A stretch of DNA of 32,000 nt from Candidatus Saccharimonadota bacterium (GCA_020160975.1 JAIUPJ010000001.1:480001-512000); one strand, 5' to 3'; shown: positions 1-7,472, counted from the first letter of the stretch. Notes: generated by a model not told the origin, from the sequence alone. Numbers and translations: made by a program.

Positions 1-560
1 GTGAATGTCTCGTTGCGAAGGGTGAACGTCTGGCCAACAGGGGTATTGGTGCCGAACAGGTCGATAGCGAGTTGCTCGCCCACCACTGCGGTGCTGTTGT
101 CGGTCACGCTGTCAAGAAATTGCCCGGTGCGCATCTTGACGCCGGCAATCGTTGCAAAATCCGGCGTCGTCGCCAAAATGACATTATCGCTTACTGTCTC
201 ACTACTGGATTTTAGGGTGCCATTGATGGTCATGACTGGCACCGCCGTCTCGATTCCCTCGAGTTTTGAAAGCTCCGCCACATCTGTTTCTGTCAGGGTA
301 CTTGTACTAAACGACTGCTGCGCCACCGGATTCATGATGGCATTTGGGTCACGCGACTGCAACCCTGGTCGCACCACGATCAGCTGGCCGCTATGCTCGG
401 CAATTTGCGCGCCAATCATTCGGGACACGCCACCGCTGAGTGCCAAAATGCAGGTTACACTGGCAATACCAATGGTGATCCCTAGGGTTGTTAGCACGCT
501 ACGGGTTCGGTTGCGCCGAAGTGTCTCATAGGCATTCTCTATGTGGTCATATAGCATCAT
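1..560 (-). CDS. ABC transporter permease, MacB/FtsX family (N-terminal part; C-terminus lies beyond window start)
   Basis: Absent from the ORF track because it has no stop inside the window. Hand translation of the reverse strand from ATG 560..558 gives [66 protein letters not shown]..., a typical MacB/FtsX N-terminal TM helix followed by a periplasmic domain. The ATG overlaps the TGA of the upstream ATPase gene (ATGA). The + ORF 1..531 is its antisense shadow. Confidence 0.8.
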   Translation of the reverse strand, partial: MMLYDHIENAYETLRRNRTRSVLTTLGITIGIASVTCILALSGGVSRMIGAQIAEHSGQLIVVRPGLQSRDPNAIMNPVAQQSFSTSTLTETDVAELSKLEGIETAVPVMTINGTLKSSSETVSDNVILATTPDFATIAGVKMRTGQFLDSVTDNSTAVVGEQLAIDLFGTNTPVGQTFTLRNETF

Positions 561-1429
561 TTCTTGGCCGCTTTCTTTGGTTTGGTGGATTTCGCTGTTT
601 TCTTGGGTGTTTTTTTGCTGCGGCGTGAGGCAGGGCTATCGGTGGTCTTCTTCTCTCGTTCGACTTTTTCCTGACTCAAATGACGATTCAGCGGAATTTT
701 CACCACGCCTTCGTCCTTAACATTGATATCAATTCGTCGATCACTAGCGATCTTGCCGTCAAGCATCTTGATAACGCGGCTGGCATAACTTGTCAGATTT
801 GGGTTGTGCGTCACCATGATGATCGTGTTGCCTTTTTTGTGGAGCTCAGACAGCTCCTCCATGATGACATGGCTGCTGCGACTGTCGAGGTTGCCTGTCG
901 GCTCGTCGGCGAGGATGATACTCGGGTCGTTAACGAGCGCACGCGCGATTGCTACTCGCTGCATCTGCCCGCCCGACAGCTGCCACGGCATATAATATTC
1001 GCGCTCTTGAAGATGAAATTGCTTCAACACTTCGCTAGCGCGCTCGAGACGCTTGAGACGACGCATGCCTTTGTAAGTAAGGGGCAGGGCGACATTTTCG
1101 AGTACAGGTAATCGGTTAATCAAGTTAAAGCTCTGAAACACGATACCGATCTGATTGGAGCGAATATGGGCATGTTGCGCGCTACTCAAACTCTCGACCG
1201 ATTTGCCATCAAGGATATAGTCGCCATCATCTGCCCGATCAAGCAGCCCGATAATATTCAGGAGCGTGGTCTTGCCACAGCCGCTCGGACCCATAATCGC
1301 GATGAATTCACCCTGACTTATCTTAAGGTCAACTTCATCGAGCGCGCTGAGCGCAGCATCACCCAGCCCATACCTTTTGGTGAGCTTCTTGAGTTCGATA
1401 ACTGGTGTTTTTTTGCGAGCAGTGGGCAT
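557..1429 (-). CDS. ABC transporter ATP-binding protein (MacB/LolD-like) with a lysine-rich C-terminal tail
   Basis: Walker [10 protein letters not shown], signature [15 protein letters not shown] and Walker B IILADEPT are all present. I trimmed the start to ATG at 1429 ([16 protein letters not shown]...), because the longer ORF to 1600 runs through tRNA-Ser. The last ~40 aa are K/T/P-rich ([19 protein letters not shown]). Confidence 0.9.
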   Translation of the reverse strand: MPTARKKTPVIELKKLTKRYGLGDAALSALDEVDLKISQGEFIAIMGPSGCGKTTLLNIIGLLDRADDGDYILDGKSVESLSSAQHAHIRSNQIGIVFQSFNLINRLPVLENVALPLTYKGMRRLKRLERASEVLKQFHLQEREYYMPWQLSGGQMQRVAIARALVNDPSIILADEPTGNLDSRSSHVIMEELSELHKKGNTIIMVTHNPNLTSYASRVIKMLDGKIASDRRIDINVKDEGVVKIPLNRHLSQEKVEREKKTTDSPASRRSKKTPKKTAKSTKPKKAAKK

Positions 1430-1544
1430 CTCGCACCTATTATGGCCGTCCGGAGACCATAAAGCAACAGATTGAGAATGTATAAAATACAACCTTTTTG
1501 ATATAAGCACAAGTAGTTCGACAGGGTATACTAGAGGGTAGCAG

Positions 1545-1636
1545 GGAGAGGTGACCGAGTGGTTGAAGGTGCACGCCTGGAAAGTGTGTGTGCGGGGCAA
1601 CTCGCACCGAGGGTTCGAATCCCTCTCTCTCCGCCA
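1545..1636 (+). tRNA. tRNA-Ser (anticodon GGA), long variable arm, encoded CCA
   Basis: Cloverleaf read by eye. Acceptor is GGAGAGG/TCTCTCC, anticodon stem CACGC/GTGTG with loop CTGGAAA, a long variable arm, T arm GAGGG-TTCGAAT-CCCTC, then G-CCA. Confidence 0.85.
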
Positions 1637-1681
1637 AATGTAATTATTTTCATACTCCGTCTTTTTCTCCTAGGGCATACT

Positions 1682-2140
1682 ATGGATATGTCACCCTACA
1701 TCTTAGCCCTGCGCGCCATCACAGCGACGGTATTTCAGCGAGTATACCGCCCGGTCGTATGGGTAGTGAGCGCTCTTTTGGTTGTTATTTTCGTTATTGT
1801 TATCCTTCTTGCCGCACTGTATTCACCGTGGTGGCTCGTGGCTCTGCTTATTATCATTCCGCTAGGGTTGGTGTTCGCACTTATTGCCACGGTATTGTGG
1901 ATTGCATCAAAAAAACTATTGCCGCGCTCGATTGATAATACCGAACGCAAGCAAATTACCAAATTTTCCGACAAAATCATGCGCGTGGTTGAGGTGCGCT
2001 CCACGCCGTTTCCTGTCATGGCTGCTTTTATCGCCAAAGACATAGTCCGCGGCAAAAAAAGTAGTTATATAGAGGGAATTATTGACGATTCAAAGACGCT
2101 AAAAAGTGACTTCACTGCGATAAAGGCACTGTTTGAATAG
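1682..2140 (+). CDS. hypothetical membrane protein (2 predicted TM helices)
   Basis: ORF 1559..2140 trimmed to ATG 1682 (MDMSPYILAL...), because the upstream part overlaps the tRNA. Two hydrophobic stretches (VVWVVSALLVVIFVIVILLAAL, WWLVALLIIIPLGLVFALIATVLWI). No family recognised. Confidence 0.6.
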   Translation: MDMSPYILALRAITATVFQRVYRPVVWVVSALLVVIFVIVILLAALYSPWWLVALLIIIPLGLVFALIATVLWIASKKLLPRSIDNTERKQITKFSDKIMRVVEVRSTPFPVMAAFIAKDIVRGKKSSYIEGIIDDSKTLKSDFTAIKALFE

Positions 2141-2154
2141 GGCTGGTTGCATGA

Positions 2155-2195
2155 CCAAGAAAAAAGAGCTAGGCTAGCTAACTCTCTTTTCTTGG
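2155..2195. terminator. bidirectional hairpin between the CDS ending at 2140 and tRNA-Arg; the right arm includes the tRNA CCA
   Basis: CCAAGAAAAAAGAG (2155-2168) pairs with CTCTCTTTTCTTGG (2182-2195), 14 bp with 1 mismatch. The A-tract and T-tract arms make it symmetric. The loop contains the GCTAGC palindrome. Confidence 0.6.
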
Positions 2196-2269
2196 TACAC
2201 TCGACAGGATTCGAACCTACGACCTTCGGCTCCGCAAGCCGACGCTCTATCCAGCTGAGCTACGAGTGC
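2193..2269 (-). tRNA. tRNA-Arg (anticodon GCG), encoded CCA
   Basis: 77-nt cloverleaf on the reverse strand. Acceptor GCACTCG/CGAGTGT, D arm GCTC-AGCTGGATA-GAGC, anticodon stem TCGGC/GCCGA with loop TTGCGGA, T arm GTAGG-TTCGAAT-CCTGT (two wobble pairs), then A-CCA. Confidence 0.8.
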
Positions 2270-2337
2270 GCACGGGTACGTGCTAGACACATACAACTCA
2301 AAAAATCATAGCATATTTCAGAGGTAGGGGCAACCGT

Positions 2338-3015
2338 CTAAAGGCGAAGTTTGGCGAGCAGGCGGTCGATCAGGTCAGGCGCGCCCTGTTTCATCGGTAA
2401 TCGTGCAGCCAGCATATCAACTACTTGTTCGCCGACTTGCTCGGAGAAGTAGACAGTCTGCGCTATCTGAAAACGCCTGCGAGGCACCAGAACGACCGAA
2501 TGTGCACCATTATGGCTCACGACACTGAATGAACGAAACTGCTCGTACGGATAGAGCTTATCGTTGATGTAGAGTCCCTTGCGGCTCAATGTATAGTCGA
2601 TCACCGCAGGCGGTCGGCGAGTATAGATAACCAGCGTTGCAGCCATGACGGGGATGAGCAAAGTGAACGTCAATGATCGAATGAGCAGATACGCTAGCGC
2701 CATCAAGAATACTGTGACAATAGCCAAAATGCCATACCAAAGTGGTGTTTGATCTTGGTGGAGATACTCAGCACTTTGCCAACGAACCAGCACGTCATCG
2801 TCCTGAAGCTCGCGCTCCTCCAAGGAGTCCGTTTGAACACCTGTCACACCAGCCTCAAGCGAGGAGACCCCATTTGGCGTATCTTGAGTTATACTCGTTG
2901 GCTGATCGACATCCACCGCGCCACCTTCGGGCGCAACAGCTTGGTACGGGGCTTGCGAACCTGCCTCTGTTGGTGCTTGCCATTCTTCTGGACTTTGTGG
3001 TTGCTGAGGTTGCAT
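2338..3015 (-). CDS. hypothetical membrane protein: P/Q-rich acidic N-terminus, two TM helices, possible bacterial PH-like (bPH/YdbS-like) C-terminal domain
   Basis: 225-aa ORF. TM pair is LWYGILAIVTVFLMALAYLLI and LTFTLLIPVMAATLVIY, followed by a ~90-aa soluble domain. The domain call rests on architecture only. Confidence 0.65.
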   Translation of the reverse strand: MQPQQPQSPEEWQAPTEAGSQAPYQAVAPEGGAVDVDQPTSITQDTPNGVSSLEAGVTGVQTDSLEERELQDDDVLVRWQSAEYLHQDQTPLWYGILAIVTVFLMALAYLLIRSLTFTLLIPVMAATLVIYTRRPPAVIDYTLSRKGLYINDKLYPYEQFRSFSVVSHNGAHSVVLVPRRRFQIAQTVYFSEQVGEQVVDMLAARLPMKQGAPDLIDRLLAKLRL

Positions 3016-3188
3016 GGTTTTAGTATAGCATGAGAAGAATTGAGAAGAAGGGAGTAGGGCGGCGATAGCTCAAAAGGGGTTGCAGGTAAAAAGAAGGTAC
3101 AAGGATAAACCCTTTTTGTTTAATGAAGGTAATAGAGGCTGCTTTATTTTTGAGAACAAAACGCGAGAGCTCAAGTCTCGCCTCCATG

Positions 3189-3226
3189 CAAGAAAAAATA
3201 CGACCAGATGGCCGTATTTTTTCTTG
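3189..3226 (-). terminator. hairpin immediately 3' of tRNA-Ser(GCU), overlapping the terminal CA of its CCA
   Basis: CAAGAAAAAATACGACC (3189-3205), loop AGAT, GGCCGTATTTTTTCTTG (3210-3226). 17 bp with 1 mismatch and A/T-tract arms. Confidence 0.65.
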
Positions 3227-3317
3227 GCGGAGGAAGGGAGATTCGAACTCCCGCTGCAGGTCTCCCCACACTAACGATTTAGCAAACCGTCCCCTTCAGC
3301 CACTTGGGTACTCCTCC
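3225..3317 (-). tRNA. tRNA-Ser (anticodon GCU), long variable arm, encoded CCA
   Basis: Reverse strand reads GGAGGAGTACCCAAGTGGCTGAAGGGGACGGTTTGCTAAATCGT...GGGAGTTCGAATCTCCCTTCCTCCGCCA. Anticodon stem ACGGT/ATCGT with loop TTGCTAA. Confidence 0.85.
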
Positions 3318-3585
3318 GTACAGTTGGTGCTTCCACGAAGCTCCTGCGTAAAACTCATGTATTTCAGCTGTTGGCTGAAAGGGACGGGCGCCGTCCGATA
3401 ACTTGCGTTCACGCAGCAGCCACTTATTGTCGCAATGTAAGGTAAACAATACCAATTGCCACAAAAGTACATTCGATAGTGTAACATATCTCACAAAGAG
3501 CGTACAGGGGTGCTGGCAGACAATCGCAAAGCGTGTATACTGGAATCAAGACTTCATTTTTAAGTAATCAGGAGCCGTCAACGCC

Positions 3586-4002
3586 ATGAAACGATCCCTC
3601 AAACTATTTAGCAGCTACGTTATCGCCGCATCAACCGTCCTTTTACTTGATCTCGCACAGGCTCATGCCGTCGGCACCATTACTGATGGGGCAGGGGCGG
3701 CACGGGGGCAACAGCAGCCAAATGACCTCTTTGGTGACAGTGGTGTGTTTTCAAAAATCAGCAGCGTACTGCTGTTCATCGTCGGTGCAATTGCCGTGAT
3801 TATGATTGTGATTGGTGGTCTCCGCTATGTTATCTCTGGAGGTGACGCCTCGCAAGTGCAATCAGCCAAAAACACCATTCTCTACGCTTTGGTAGGAGTG
3901 ATCGTGGCTATCCTCGCCTACGCAGCCGTCAACTTCGTGATTGGGAGCTTTGTCCCCAGCGGCACTACAGGCAGTAGTACCTACGGCGCCTCAACGCGAT
4001 AG
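3586..4002 (+). CDS. VirB2/TrbC-like T4SS pilin paralog (P0), outlying inverted copy
   Basis: Signal-peptide-like N-terminus (…LLLDLAQAHA), then two TM helices joined by the loop GGLRYVISGGDASQVQSAKNTILYA. The C-terminal half is nearly identical in protein to the 7035..7472 product. RBS CAGGAG lies ~10 nt upstream. Confidence 0.8.
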   Translation: MKRSLKLFSSYVIAASTVLLLDLAQAHAVGTITDGAGAARGQQQPNDLFGDSGVFSKISSVLLFIVGAIAVIMIVIGGLRYVISGGDASQVQSAKNTILYALVGVIVAILAYAAVNFVIGSFVPSGTTGSSTYGASTR

Positions 4003-4003
4003 C

Positions 4004-5377
4004 TCAGCGCTCATATAGCACAATTGAGCTGCCCTCTTCTCGAGACACGATCCGCCAGCCACTTTCTTGGAGTTGTTTCGCAATCTGTAAGCTAGGACGA
4101 ACAACCGCACATCGGATATCGTACCGTTGAAATTCCTGCCGCTGGAAGTCTGTCTCGTTTAACACTCGTATATAGTCATCCATATAGCTCTTGTTCCCAA
4201 GCCTCCAACTCGGCATTCGTCCATCAATATAGAGCTTTTGGCTGGGAACTTTCCAGATGAGATAGCCGCCATAATTGTATTCTGCAAAGACATTGCCCTC
4301 GCACGGATGCTGGCGCAGATATCCTGCAATTGTCTGCGGATAGGGCTGTTCACGATCAATCGATGCATAACGAAGGGCAAAACAACCGAACAACACACAG
4401 GCCACCACACTAAGCATCACGAGAGCAACAACCATCTTTTTTGCACCGCGATCTCTCAATGTCTGCACAGGAATGACGAGCGACTGGAGTTGCTCAACAA
4501 TCGTTGCCAGAGCAAACAGCGTAAACACTGGTGCGTGTCGAACACTCGATAGCATCATGATCGCCAGCAGCGACTCAAACCGCAAGAACTTCCGCCACCA
4601 CGCACCCTTTGCCATAATCAGCAGTCCTGCCCACATGCCAACCACAATACCGATGTCAACTTTAACCCCAAATGACCGCCACTCCTGAATCCTCGATCGT
4701 AGTGTTGTATCAAACATGGTGCGCACAATCTCTACATACATGCCTGGCCCGTATGGCGTGACGCAGCTCGCCAGTACACTCACGACAAATACTCCGAGTG
4801 ACGCGGTCGTTCGATCTCGTGCTAGCTGCCACCCAATATAGGCAAGTCCGACCACAAACGATCCGTGCATATTGGCCCACAAAAGTATGAGAAATGGCAG
4901 AACTACCCGTAGTCGAGTGTCTTTGGCGCGGTAAATCGCAATCATTACTGCAGAGAAAACTATCGTCCAGGTAATGGCGCGCACCCCTGAGAAAGGCACC
5001 ATCGTCACACCAGCAAAGAGAACGAGAAGCCGCGCTTTCGTCGTGCGGGCCACCAGCCATATTGCCACCGTCCATAGGAGCGCATAGAGCACAGCCAGTA
5101 CCGTGAATCCGCCAACCAGGTGATACACCATTGCTCCAATCGTATCGGCTAGCCATTCGTGATGAATCCATGAAAAGTTGCTGGCCGTATAGCTATAGAT
5201 ATCGTGCGAAGGGATACCATGCTGCAAAATATACTCGCCCGAGCTGAGGTGCCAGCCAAAATCAGGGTCGAGCGTAAAGAATGCTTTTGCAAAGAACAGT
5301 GAAAACAATAGTCCGTACAGAATCCAGTTATTCATCGTAACTAGTGCGAGCGCCCACCGGTATATCCGTTGCTTCAT
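4004..5377 (-). CDS. polytopic integral membrane protein, probable GT-C-fold glycosyltransferase-like
   Basis: ORF 4004..5434 trimmed to ATG 5377 (MKQRIYRWALALV...). More than 10 hydrophobic helices, an early loop motif DPDFGWHL...HEWL, and a soluble C-terminal domain. The family call is from architecture, not from a search. Confidence 0.6.
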   Translation of the reverse strand: MKQRIYRWALALVTMNNWILYGLLFSLFFAKAFFTLDPDFGWHLSSGEYILQHGIPSHDIYSYTASNFSWIHHEWLADTIGAMVYHLVGGFTVLAVLYALLWTVAIWLVARTTKARLLVLFAGVTMVPFSGVRAITWTIVFSAVMIAIYRAKDTRLRVVLPFLILLWANMHGSFVVGLAYIGWQLARDRTTASLGVFVVSVLASCVTPYGPGMYVEIVRTMFDTTLRSRIQEWRSFGVKVDIGIVVGMWAGLLIMAKGAWWRKFLRFESLLAIMMLSSVRHAPVFTLFALATIVEQLQSLVIPVQTLRDRGAKKMVVALVMLSVVACVLFGCFALRYASIDREQPYPQTIAGYLRQHPCEGNVFAEYNYGGYLIWKVPSQKLYIDGRMPSWRLGNKSYMDDYIRVLNETDFQRQEFQRYDIRCAVVRPSLQIAKQLQESGWRIVSREEGSSIVLYER

Positions 5378-5431
5378 TGTTTTCACTATAGCAGAAGAAG
5401 AAGCGCCTCGACGGGGAGGGGGCCTCCCGCG

Positions 5432-5469
5432 CAAGAAATAAGACGACCTGATGGTCGTCTCATTTCTTG
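5432..5469 (-). terminator. hairpin immediately 3' of tRNA-Ser(UGA), overlapping the terminal CA of its CCA
   Basis: CAAGAAATAAGACGACC, loop TGAT, GGTCGTCTCATTTCTTG: 17 bp with 1 mismatch. The core ACGACC-ATCA-GGTCGT resembles the 3189-3226 hairpin. A second GC hairpin, GGGAGG-GGG-CCTCCC, sits at 5414-5428. Confidence 0.65.
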
Positions 5470-5555
5470 GCGGAGAGGGCGAGATTCGAACTCGCGGTGA
5501 GTTGCCCCACGCCTGTTTTCAAGACAGGTACCTTAAACCACTCGGCCACCTCTCC
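5468..5555 (-). tRNA. tRNA-Ser (anticodon UGA), long variable arm, encoded CCA
   Basis: Reverse strand reads GGAGAGGTGGCCGAGTGGTTTAAGGTACCTGTCTTGAAAACAGG...GCGAGTTCGAATCTCGCCCTCTCCGCCA. Anticodon stem CCTGT/ACAGG with loop CTTGAAA. Confidence 0.85.
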
Positions 5556-5598
5556 CTACGCACAAGACCGTTGCCATAAGCCACTCGGTCACCTCTGC
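5556..5598 (-). pseudogene. tRNA-Ser 5'-half remnant directly abutting the 5' end of tRNA-Ser(UGA)
   Basis: Reverse strand GCAGAGGTGACCGAGTGGCTTATGGCAACGGTCTTGTGCGTAG aligns with the first ~40 nt of the neighbouring tRNA-Ser (GGAGAGGTGGCCGAGTGGTTTAAGGTACCTGTCTTGAAA). It covers acceptor, D arm and anticodon stem up to CTTG, with no 3' half. Confidence 0.55.
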
Positions 5599-5632
5599 GT
5601 AAGTAGCATGTAGAATTATAACAGAGGCGAGA

Positions 5633-6301
5633 TCATTTTTCTAGAGGCTGCCTGGCAACAATCGCCAGCCACACTTCCGTCGCGCCGGCATCACGCAGTG
5701 CTTGCGCGGCAAACTCAACGGTCGCCCCTGTAGTGAAAATATCATCTATCAGCAGATATCGTCCTGGCTGTGCTGGACGGACACATGCAAACGCCTGCGC
5801 GGCCTGTTTGCGCCGGTCGCGCTTGCCTTTGCCCAACTGGCTTGTCGTCGTCACACGCTCAATAGCATGTTGATAAATCAATCCACGACGTTTTGCCAGC
5901 TCTTTAGCAACCAGCGCCGTATGGTCAAAGCCTCGGCGGCGAATATGTGGTGCAATCGTCGGTACCGGCACCACCACAACGTCTTCTGGCAGCACCGGTA
6001 GCGACAGGTCGAGCAACTGAGCCAACTCATGGTAGGCATCTTTTGCTCTCTCAAATTTGTATTGGTCAAGTAGGGCACGCAGAGCTGCTGATCGCTCACC
6101 AACGCACCACGCCCGGGAATAGGGAAGTATATGGTGTGAACACAGTGCCTCACCCCCGCCGACAGGCCCACTACATACCAAACAGGCTTCGTACTGTTCA
6201 CTTTCGATGTTGTATTTACAATACATACATAAAATCTGACCAATTGTGTCGCAAGACACACAGTAGTGGGGTGCGAGGACTCTCAGGGGCGATTCTAACA
6301 T
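5633..6301 (-). CDS. comFC: ComF family protein (ComFC-type phosphoribosyltransferase with N-terminal Cys-rich zinc finger)
   Basis: N-terminal CVSC...CMYC...CLVC...C cluster and a C-terminal PRTase motif YLLIDDIFTTGATV. 222 aa. Confidence 0.85.
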   Translation of the reverse strand: MLESPLRVLAPHYCVSCDTIGQILCMYCKYNIESEQYEACLVCSGPVGGGEALCSHHILPYSRAWCVGERSAALRALLDQYKFERAKDAYHELAQLLDLSLPVLPEDVVVVPVPTIAPHIRRRGFDHTALVAKELAKRRGLIYQHAIERVTTTSQLGKGKRDRRKQAAQAFACVRPAQPGRYLLIDDIFTTGATVEFAAQALRDAGATEVWLAIVARQPLEK

Positions 6302-6331
6302 TGTATTTTTTACCTATCAGACTGGATTTGG

Positions 6332-6360
6332 TTGATAATGCCACCTGGCTTAGTTATAAT
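6332..6360 (+). promoter_or_regulatory. sigma-70-like promoter for the hsp20 gene
   Basis: TTGATA (6332-6337), 17-nt spacer, TATAAT (6355-6360), ~45 nt upstream of the start. CTGGAT (6322-6327) and ATCCAG (6363-6368) flank it as an inverted repeat. Confidence 0.55.
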
Positions 6361-6405
6361 GTATCCAGACTAATTGTCAAAGCCTAGATAGAAGTGGAGG
6401 ATATC

Positions 6406-6882
6406 ATGGCACGCAAGCAAAATGACGATCTATTGATCGAGGACGAATTGGCTGCCGCATTTCTGAATGACGACAGTATGGCAGACGACAACGTTGCTGC
6501 ACCACAGCAAAGTTCGGCGTCGAACGACGATAATTGGGGTGAGAGTGAAGACGACTTTCCTGGTCAGCTCGCTGTTGATGTCTACGAGACTGACGAACAG
6601 CTGATTGTAAAAGCCCGCACCGCCGGTGTGAACAAAGAAGATCTCGATGTCAGCATTTCTGACGGCATCTTGACGATCAGCGGCACCCTGAGCAGTGGCG
6701 ATGACACCGAAGCTACCAACTGGCACATCCAAGAATGCTATTGGGGCGAATTCAGTCGTACGCTCGCACTACCAGTAGCCGTTAAGGAAGATGAAGTTGG
6801 CGCAGTTCTCAAAGACGGCGTTCTCAGCATTACCTTTAACAAGGTCAAGCAAGAGCAAGCCAAGAAGATTACGATTCAGTAA
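6406..6882 (+). CDS. hsp20: Hsp20/alpha-crystallin family small heat-shock protein
   Basis: Alpha-crystallin domain pattern (LAVDVYETDEQLIVKARTAGVNKEDLDVSISDGILTISG ... FSRTLALPVAVKEDEVGAVLKDGVLSITFNK). Start moved from GTG 6394 to ATG 6406, which has GGAGG 5 nt upstream. Confidence 0.9.
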   Translation: MARKQNDDLLIEDELAAAFLNDDSMADDNVAAPQQSSASNDDNWGESEDDFPGQLAVDVYETDEQLIVKARTAGVNKEDLDVSISDGILTISGTLSSGDDTEATNWHIQECYWGEFSRTLALPVAVKEDEVGAVLKDGVLSITFNKVKQEQAKKITIQ

Positions 6883-6905
6883 CGAATTGGTACAAAACAA
6901 GAACA

Positions 6906-6937
6906 TTACTCCGCCCCAAAAGCGGAGTAATTTTTTG
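6906..6937 (+). terminator. Rho-independent terminator of hsp20
   Basis: TTACTCCGC, loop CCCAAAA, GCGGAGTAA, followed by TTTTTT. Confidence 0.8.
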
Positions 6938-6974
6938 GTTCAGTCAAATTCAGTTGCCGTTGGCCGGACAATAT

Positions 6975-7003
6975 AATAACTCCCGCACTATGCGGGAGTT
7001 ATT
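6975..7003 (-). terminator. hairpin terminating the minus-strand pilin array
   Basis: Perfect 13-bp stem AATAACTCCCGCA / TGCGGGAGTTATT with loop CTA, 30 nt beyond the stop of the last pilin gene. An A/T-rich run follows on the minus strand. Confidence 0.7.
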
Positions 7004-7034
7004 GTTCATGTTGTCGAGACGGTCAGGGTATTAC

Positions 7035-7472
7035 TTATCCCTGGCTGTTTGCCGCGAAACTTCCGATCACGAAGTTGACTGCTGCGTAGGCGAGAATAGC
7101 AACCACGAGACCAATGATAGCGTATAGAATTGTATTCTTGGCACTGGTTACCGCCGAGCTATCACCCTGAGAAACGGTATAGCGAATACCGCCGATAATC
7201 AACATGATGACCGATACCGCACCGATGATGAACAGCAACACATTTGTTACTGTCTGGAAGATACCACCGTTCCCAAATAGGTTGTCTGGCTGGTCGCCAC
7301 CCTTGGCGCATTTTGCAGCGTCACTGAGGCCGCCAGAGACAAGACCTGTACAGTTAGCATCTTGTGCATAGGCTGGTGCCGCCACTACGCCGAGAACCAA
7401 AGCTGGTACAGCCAGGAGTCCAAGCAAGGTATTCTTGATATTCATTTTCATTACGATTTCATTTCCTTTCAT
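7035..7472 (-). CDS. VirB2/TrbC-like T4SS pilin paralog (P1)
   Basis: Signal peptide ending AAPAYA, a Cys pair (NCTG...AKCAKG), then the two-TM hairpin core LLFIIGAVSVIMLIIGGIRYTVSQGDSSAVTSAKNTILYAIIGLVVAILAYAAVNFVIGSF. The start is ambiguous: ATG 7472, or ATG 7451 (MKMNIKN). Confidence 0.85.
   Translation of the reverse strand: MKGNEIVMKMNIKNTLLGLLAVPALVLGVVAAPAYAQDANCTGLVSGGLSDAAKCAKGGDQPDNLFGNGGIFQTVTNVLLFIIGAVSVIMLIIGGIRYTVSQGDSSAVTSAKNTILYAIIGLVVAILAYAAVNFVIGSFAANSQG

Noticed and set aside
1-531. 176-aa plus-strand ORF at the window start
   Set aside because: Its sequence is low-complexity and family-less. The opposite strand reads as a textbook MacB/FtsX permease N-terminus that is translationally coupled to the ABC ATPase gene, so the plus ORF is an antisense shadow.
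3318-3440. Possible SRP (4.5S) RNA next to tRNA-Ser, suggested by GGAAGCA/AGCAGCC-like motifs on both strands
   Set aside because: On the minus strand, the CAGG...GGAAGCA spacing does not form the required 3-bp stem plus tetraloop, and only ~18 nt remain before the tRNA, too short for the 3' half. On the plus strand, GCG-UUCA-CGC-AGCAGCC-A lacks the conserved 5' AGG loop partner.
3020-3494. ORF-track entries overlapping tRNA-Ser(GCU) and its trailer (3020..3271, 3080..3274, 3123..3401, 3279..3494, 3296..3487)
   Set aside because: They run through a well-formed tRNA and terminator hairpin, and none has coding features.
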